DNA from: Nitrospirota bacterium
GTDB taxonomy: Bacteria; Nitrospirota; UBA9217
Direction: 5' to 3'
Assembly: GCA_963740085.1 (NCBI GenBank)
Contig: CAVUCU010000004.1
Span: forward strand, 672,001 to 736,000
DNA: 64,000 nucleotides
The notes under the pieces are model-generated. The model ran no database searches and was not told where the DNA came from. It saw only the letters and a list, made by a program, of their open reading frames with translations. Positions 60,894 to 64,000 of the stretch are shown here, piece by piece. Each line of letters begins with the position of its first letter. Positions within the stretch are counted from its first letter, which is position 1. A program made the translations under genes and the position numbers.

Positions 60894-61152
60894 GGGCAGC
60901 TCTGACACAAGAGACACGCATAGCAATGCTGCACAGATCATAGTTACAGGAACAAGACAAGGCAGACACACGCCCTGCACTCGCGACGTAGCACTCGTAA
61001 ACGCTGGGTGCAGGCGGCCGGGCCCTGTTTTAAAGGGCGAGGGTGGAGTGACGCGAGTCCCGCATATCAGGGTGGAGGTACGGTACCTCTTCCCGTCATG
61101 CAAAGCCAACCTCGAATGCTTCTATCGGGGGTGGCCGAATGATGAGCTGCCC
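60894..61152 (+). ncRNA. Unassigned structured non-coding element, copy 1 (259 nt)
   Basis: Closing helix GGGCAGCTC/GAGCTGCCC, CTGA plus ATGATGA, several hairpins, direct repeat of 62778-63005. G-U pairs favour the + strand. Expression not shown. Confidence 0.65.
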
Positions 61153-61216
61153 AAAATAATCAATGCACCTCGTTCGTCTCCCTCGTCCGTCATTGCAAAT
61201 GCCGCCCCCCTCACGG

Positions 61217-61245
61217 TTGACGGCTGGGACAAAAGCGGATAGACT
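61217..61245 (+). promoter_or_regulatory. Sigma70-type promoter of the FGGY kinase
   Basis: TTGACG-17 nt-TAGACT. Confidence 0.55.
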
Positions 61246-61282
61246 AAGTAACAGAAGCGACGTGTTTTAATGGGAGGGTCTC

Positions 61283-62737
61283 ATGCATACGGGTTGTTTC
61301 ATCGGCATTGATCAGGGGAGCAGCGCTACCAAGGCCATGGCCATCAGCACCGAAGGACAGGTGCTCTTCCAGGTCCGGAAGGACCTTGCGCCGCCTTTTC
61401 GGGACGGGAACCGCATCGAGCATGATGCACAAGAGATCCTCCGGTCGATCTCCGATGCCCTGAACGAATCCATTCAGGCAGTCCAGGACTCCGGCGTTCG
61501 GGTCCTGGGCGTCGGGTTCTCATGCCAACGCTCCTCCTGCCTCGCCTGGAACGGATCAACAGGGGCCCCTCTCACACCGGTGATCAGCTGGCGCGATACC
61601 CGGGGGAGCGAACTCATCGAGACCCTCAGGGACCGGGGGCCGGAGATCCTTCGAAGGTCCGGCCTTCCACTCACGCCCTACTATTCCGCCTCGAAGCTGC
61701 GATGGATCAGGGACACCTTGGCAGCCGCAGGACAGACGGACGCGGTATACGGGACGCTCAGCAGTTTTCTGGTCCGGCATCTCACCGGGAACACAACGGA
61801 CGCGATCGATCACACCCATGCCGCCCGCACCCAGCTCATGAACATCAAAACGATTTCGTGGGACGAGGAGCTGATCGGGATCTTCGGTCTTACCGACATC
61901 ACACTTCCGAGGATCGTACCCTCGGCGCGCGCCTTCGGGAACGCGCACAGCCCGGCGGGAGATGTCCCCCTGCTCGCCTGTCTCGGCGACCAGCAGGCGG
62001 CCATGATCGGGCTCGGTGTTTTCGAAAAGGGTGACGCGGGGATCAATCTCGGGACAGGCGGATTTCTGATGCTGAACACCGGCGCCGGACTCGTACCTGC
62101 CGAAGGACTCATGGCATCCGTGCAGTATTCAGATGAAAAAGGACTGCATTATCTGCTCGAAGGAAGCGTGAACGCCGTTGGCGACGCCCTCGAATGGACA
62201 AGGACGAACCTCGGCCTCTTCAAAGAGTACGAGGAGATGGACGACCTCTGCTGGAAGGCCGCGACCGACACCATAGCATTCATCGGCCTGAACGGCACCG
62301 GCTCGCCGCACTGGGAAACGAACATCTCGAGCGCTTTCCACGGTCTGGGGCCGGAGAGCACCTCGGCGGACATGGTGCGCGCCGTTGTGGAGGGCATCGT
62401 ATTCTTCATCAAGGACATCGCCGAGGAGGTCCGCAAGAATGGGATCGAACCCGGGAAATTCGTACTCGCCGGAGGACTGTCCACCCTCACCTATCTCAGC
62501 CAGGTACTGGCCGATATCCTCAAAACGGACGTCCGCGTCAGCGCCGGCAGGGAGGCCTCGGCCCTGGGCGCTGCATTTCTGGCAGGCATTCAACACGGTG
62601 CGTGGAAGGCCGATGACATCAGGAGAATGGCGGCGCAGGGCGAGGTGGTGCACGGCGAGGCGAACCCCGGACTTGAAAGACGATATAAAAAGTGGAAGGA
62701 ACTGCACCGGATGACAAGACAGATCGACAGGATGTGA
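61283..62737 (+). CDS. FGGY-family carbohydrate kinase (glycerol kinase-like)
   Basis: GIDQGSSATKA, EHD, YYSASKLRW, GDQQAA, GTGGF, LEGS, G.GSPHW, EASALGAA. Confidence 0.88.
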   Translation: MHTGCFIGIDQGSSATKAMAISTEGQVLFQVRKDLAPPFRDGNRIEHDAQEILRSISDALNESIQAVQDSGVRVLGVGFSCQRSSCLAWNGSTGAPLTPVISWRDTRGSELIETLRDRGPEILRRSGLPLTPYYSASKLRWIRDTLAAAGQTDAVYGTLSSFLVRHLTGNTTDAIDHTHAARTQLMNIKTISWDEELIGIFGLTDITLPRIVPSARAFGNAHSPAGDVPLLACLGDQQAAMIGLGVFEKGDAGINLGTGGFLMLNTGAGLVPAEGLMASVQYSDEKGLHYLLEGSVNAVGDALEWTRTNLGLFKEYEEMDDLCWKAATDTIAFIGLNGTGSPHWETNISSAFHGLGPESTSADMVRAVVEGIVFFIKDIAEEVRKNGIEPGKFVLAGGLSTLTYLSQVLADILKTDVRVSAGREASALGAAFLAGIQHGAWKADDIRRMAAQGEVVHGEANPGLERRYKKWKELHRMTRQIDRM

Positions 62738-62777
62738 TCAGCCGGTGCTGTTTTTGATCTTGCCTTTTCCCTGCGCC

Positions 62778-63005
62778 GGGCAGCTCTGACGCGAAAGACG
62801 CGCATAGCAATGCTCCACAGATCCTCGTTACGAGAACAAGACAAGGCAGACACGCCCTGCACTCGCGACGTAGCACTCGTAAACGCCGGGTGCAGGCGGC
62901 CGAGCCAGGCTTCCCGGGCGAGGGTGGAGTGATGCGAGTCCTGCATATCAGGGAAGAGATACTGTACCTGTCCGCCATGCTGCGCGGCCGCGTGATGAGC
63001 TGCCC
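62778..63005 (+). ncRNA. Unassigned structured non-coding element, copy 2 (228 nt)
   Basis: Same closing helix and core as 60894-61152; lies between convergent genes. Confidence 0.65.
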
Positions 63006-63083
63006 AAAAAGAACACCAACTCACTGAGTTTAAGCTGGGAGGTAAATCGAACAACCCAAATAAACGCGTGAAGGTCCTCTTCT

Positions 63084-64000
63084 TTAATTCTGTCCTTTTT
63101 TAATTTCTTTTTGCCCCATTTCCTCTTTCCAGCGCGCGGGAAAAATAAAACGGACCGTCGTTCCCGCACCCAGCTCACTATCCAGGGTGATCTCGCCCAT
63201 ATGCTCTGTAATGATCTGCCTGACCAGCGGAAGCCCCATTCCAGTCCTTCCCTTCGTGCTGTAAAAGGGTTCAAAGATCCTGTGAAGCTCTTCGGGGGTC
63301 AGTCCCTTCCCGGTGTCCTTGATCGTCAAAGAGAGGTTGTCATCCTTTTCTCCGGTTTTAATGATTATTTCACCCCCGGGCGTCGACGCGTCTACCGCAT
63401 TCCCGATGATGTGCTGTATGGATATCTTGATGAGCTGTCTGTTTGCATTGAACATGAGCTGCTTATCGTGCAGTTTCACCACGAGCCTCAGGCCGGCGTC
63501 CTTGATCTTGCGCTCCATAAGCCCCACGATCGTTGAGGTGATCTCGTTCAGGTCTTCGCGCTCGAACAAAAATCTCTTGCTTTTTACCAGGGCGTCAAAA
63601 TCGGCGACGATCGTTTCCATCCTCATGCATTCGTCCAGGATCATCTGAAATTTCTTTGCGGAAAGCCCCTCGATCTCTTTTTTTGAGAGCTGCCGGCAGA
63701 GTCCTCCGATGACCGTTATCGGGTTCCGTATGCGGTCCGCGACCTTCAATCCGAACATCACCATTGTGCGTTCGGCAACGATATCCTCCATCTCATGGTT
63801 CAGATTCATGACCTCCCTGTTTACGCTCTCAATAATATTTCTATCAGATTCGATCTTCCCGTAGAACCACTCGAACCTCATGTTGATGAGGTAAAAAACA
63901 ATGGCAAAAAAGACCGTATAAAGCCCGATAAAGACCGCAACCGTCCGCCTGGCCTCTCCAAGAGCTACATGCACGGGAATATACACCATGAGGGCATCCA
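63084..64000 (-). CDS. Membrane sensor histidine kinase-like protein (5' part outside the window) with an atypical H-box
   Basis: TM helix, coiled coil, VADRIRNP, N-box IIGNAVDA, G1 DTGKG, F FEPFYSTK, G2 GTGMGL-like. Confidence 0.85.
   Translation of the reverse strand, partial: DALMVYIPVHVALGEARRTVAVFIGLYTVFFAIVFYLINMRFEWFYGKIESDRNIIESVNREVMNLNHEMEDIVAERTMVMFGLKVADRIRNPITVIGGLCRQLSKKEIEGLSAKKFQMILDECMRMETIVADFDALVKSKRFLFEREDLNEITSTIVGLMERKIKDAGLRLVVKLHDKQLMFNANRQLIKISIQHIIGNAVDASTPGGEIIIKTGEKDDNLSLTIKDTGKGLTPEELHRIFEPFYSTKGRTGMGLPLVRQIITEHMGEITLDSELGAGTTVRFIFPARWKEEMGQKEIKKGQN

Noticed and set aside
60694-61242. ORFs over repeat copy 1 (60694..61242 +, 60768..61109 -) and copy 2 (62590..63054 -, 62619..62978 -) sharing peptides such as RLHPAFTSATSRVQGV
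   Set aside because: The shared peptide just reflects the DNA repeat. Indels between copies are not multiples of three, starts and stops are not conserved, and several overlap real genes.
61365-61385. CAGGTCCGGAAGGA resembling the SRP RNA domain IV loop
   Set aside because: Lies in frame inside the kinase CDS and lacks the following AGCAGC and the flanking helix
60894-63005. Repeats as a CRISPR array, hammerhead ribozyme or classical MITE
   Set aside because: No repeat-spacer periodicity or cas genes. The hammerhead core CUGAnGA...GAAA is not correctly arranged. There is no target-site duplication and homology extends beyond the inverted ends. A MITE origin is disfavoured, not excluded.

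Overview
Bacterial chromosomal window. The gene order clpC / short argA / hemW / bamA-skp-lpxD-fabZ-lpxA-lpxI-gnnAB-lpxB suggests a Nitrospirota- or deltaproteobacterial-type diderm (inference). About 49 kb is one cell-envelope supercluster, almost all on the minus strand. It has four parts: (i) 1-8.7 kb, CDP-3,6-dideoxyhexose genes plus a ThDP carboligase and a DmpFG-like pair, pointing to a C4-branched higher-carbon sugar; (ii) 8.9-19.5 kb, a mosaic, heavily frameshifted region in which a wzm-wzt-methyltransferase-WbdA-like cassette lies between a truncated second wzm and a glycosyltransferase relic; (iii) 19.6-35 kb, flippase, GTs, wbaP, waaL and core genes; (iv) 35-49 kb, the lipid A/BAM operon with gnnAB. 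The right end (54-64 kb) is accessory. The most notable signal is a 228-259 nt non-coding element present in two clear direct copies (60894-61152, 62778-63005) and one possible divergent copy (about 57950-58144). It has a conserved closing helix, a box C/D-type kink-turn signature, variable-length hairpins and a tmRNA-tag-like mini reading frame. I do not recognise it as a named RNA family. No rRNA, intact tRNA, CRISPR array or transposase was seen. All calls come from reading motifs by eye; no database searches were run.
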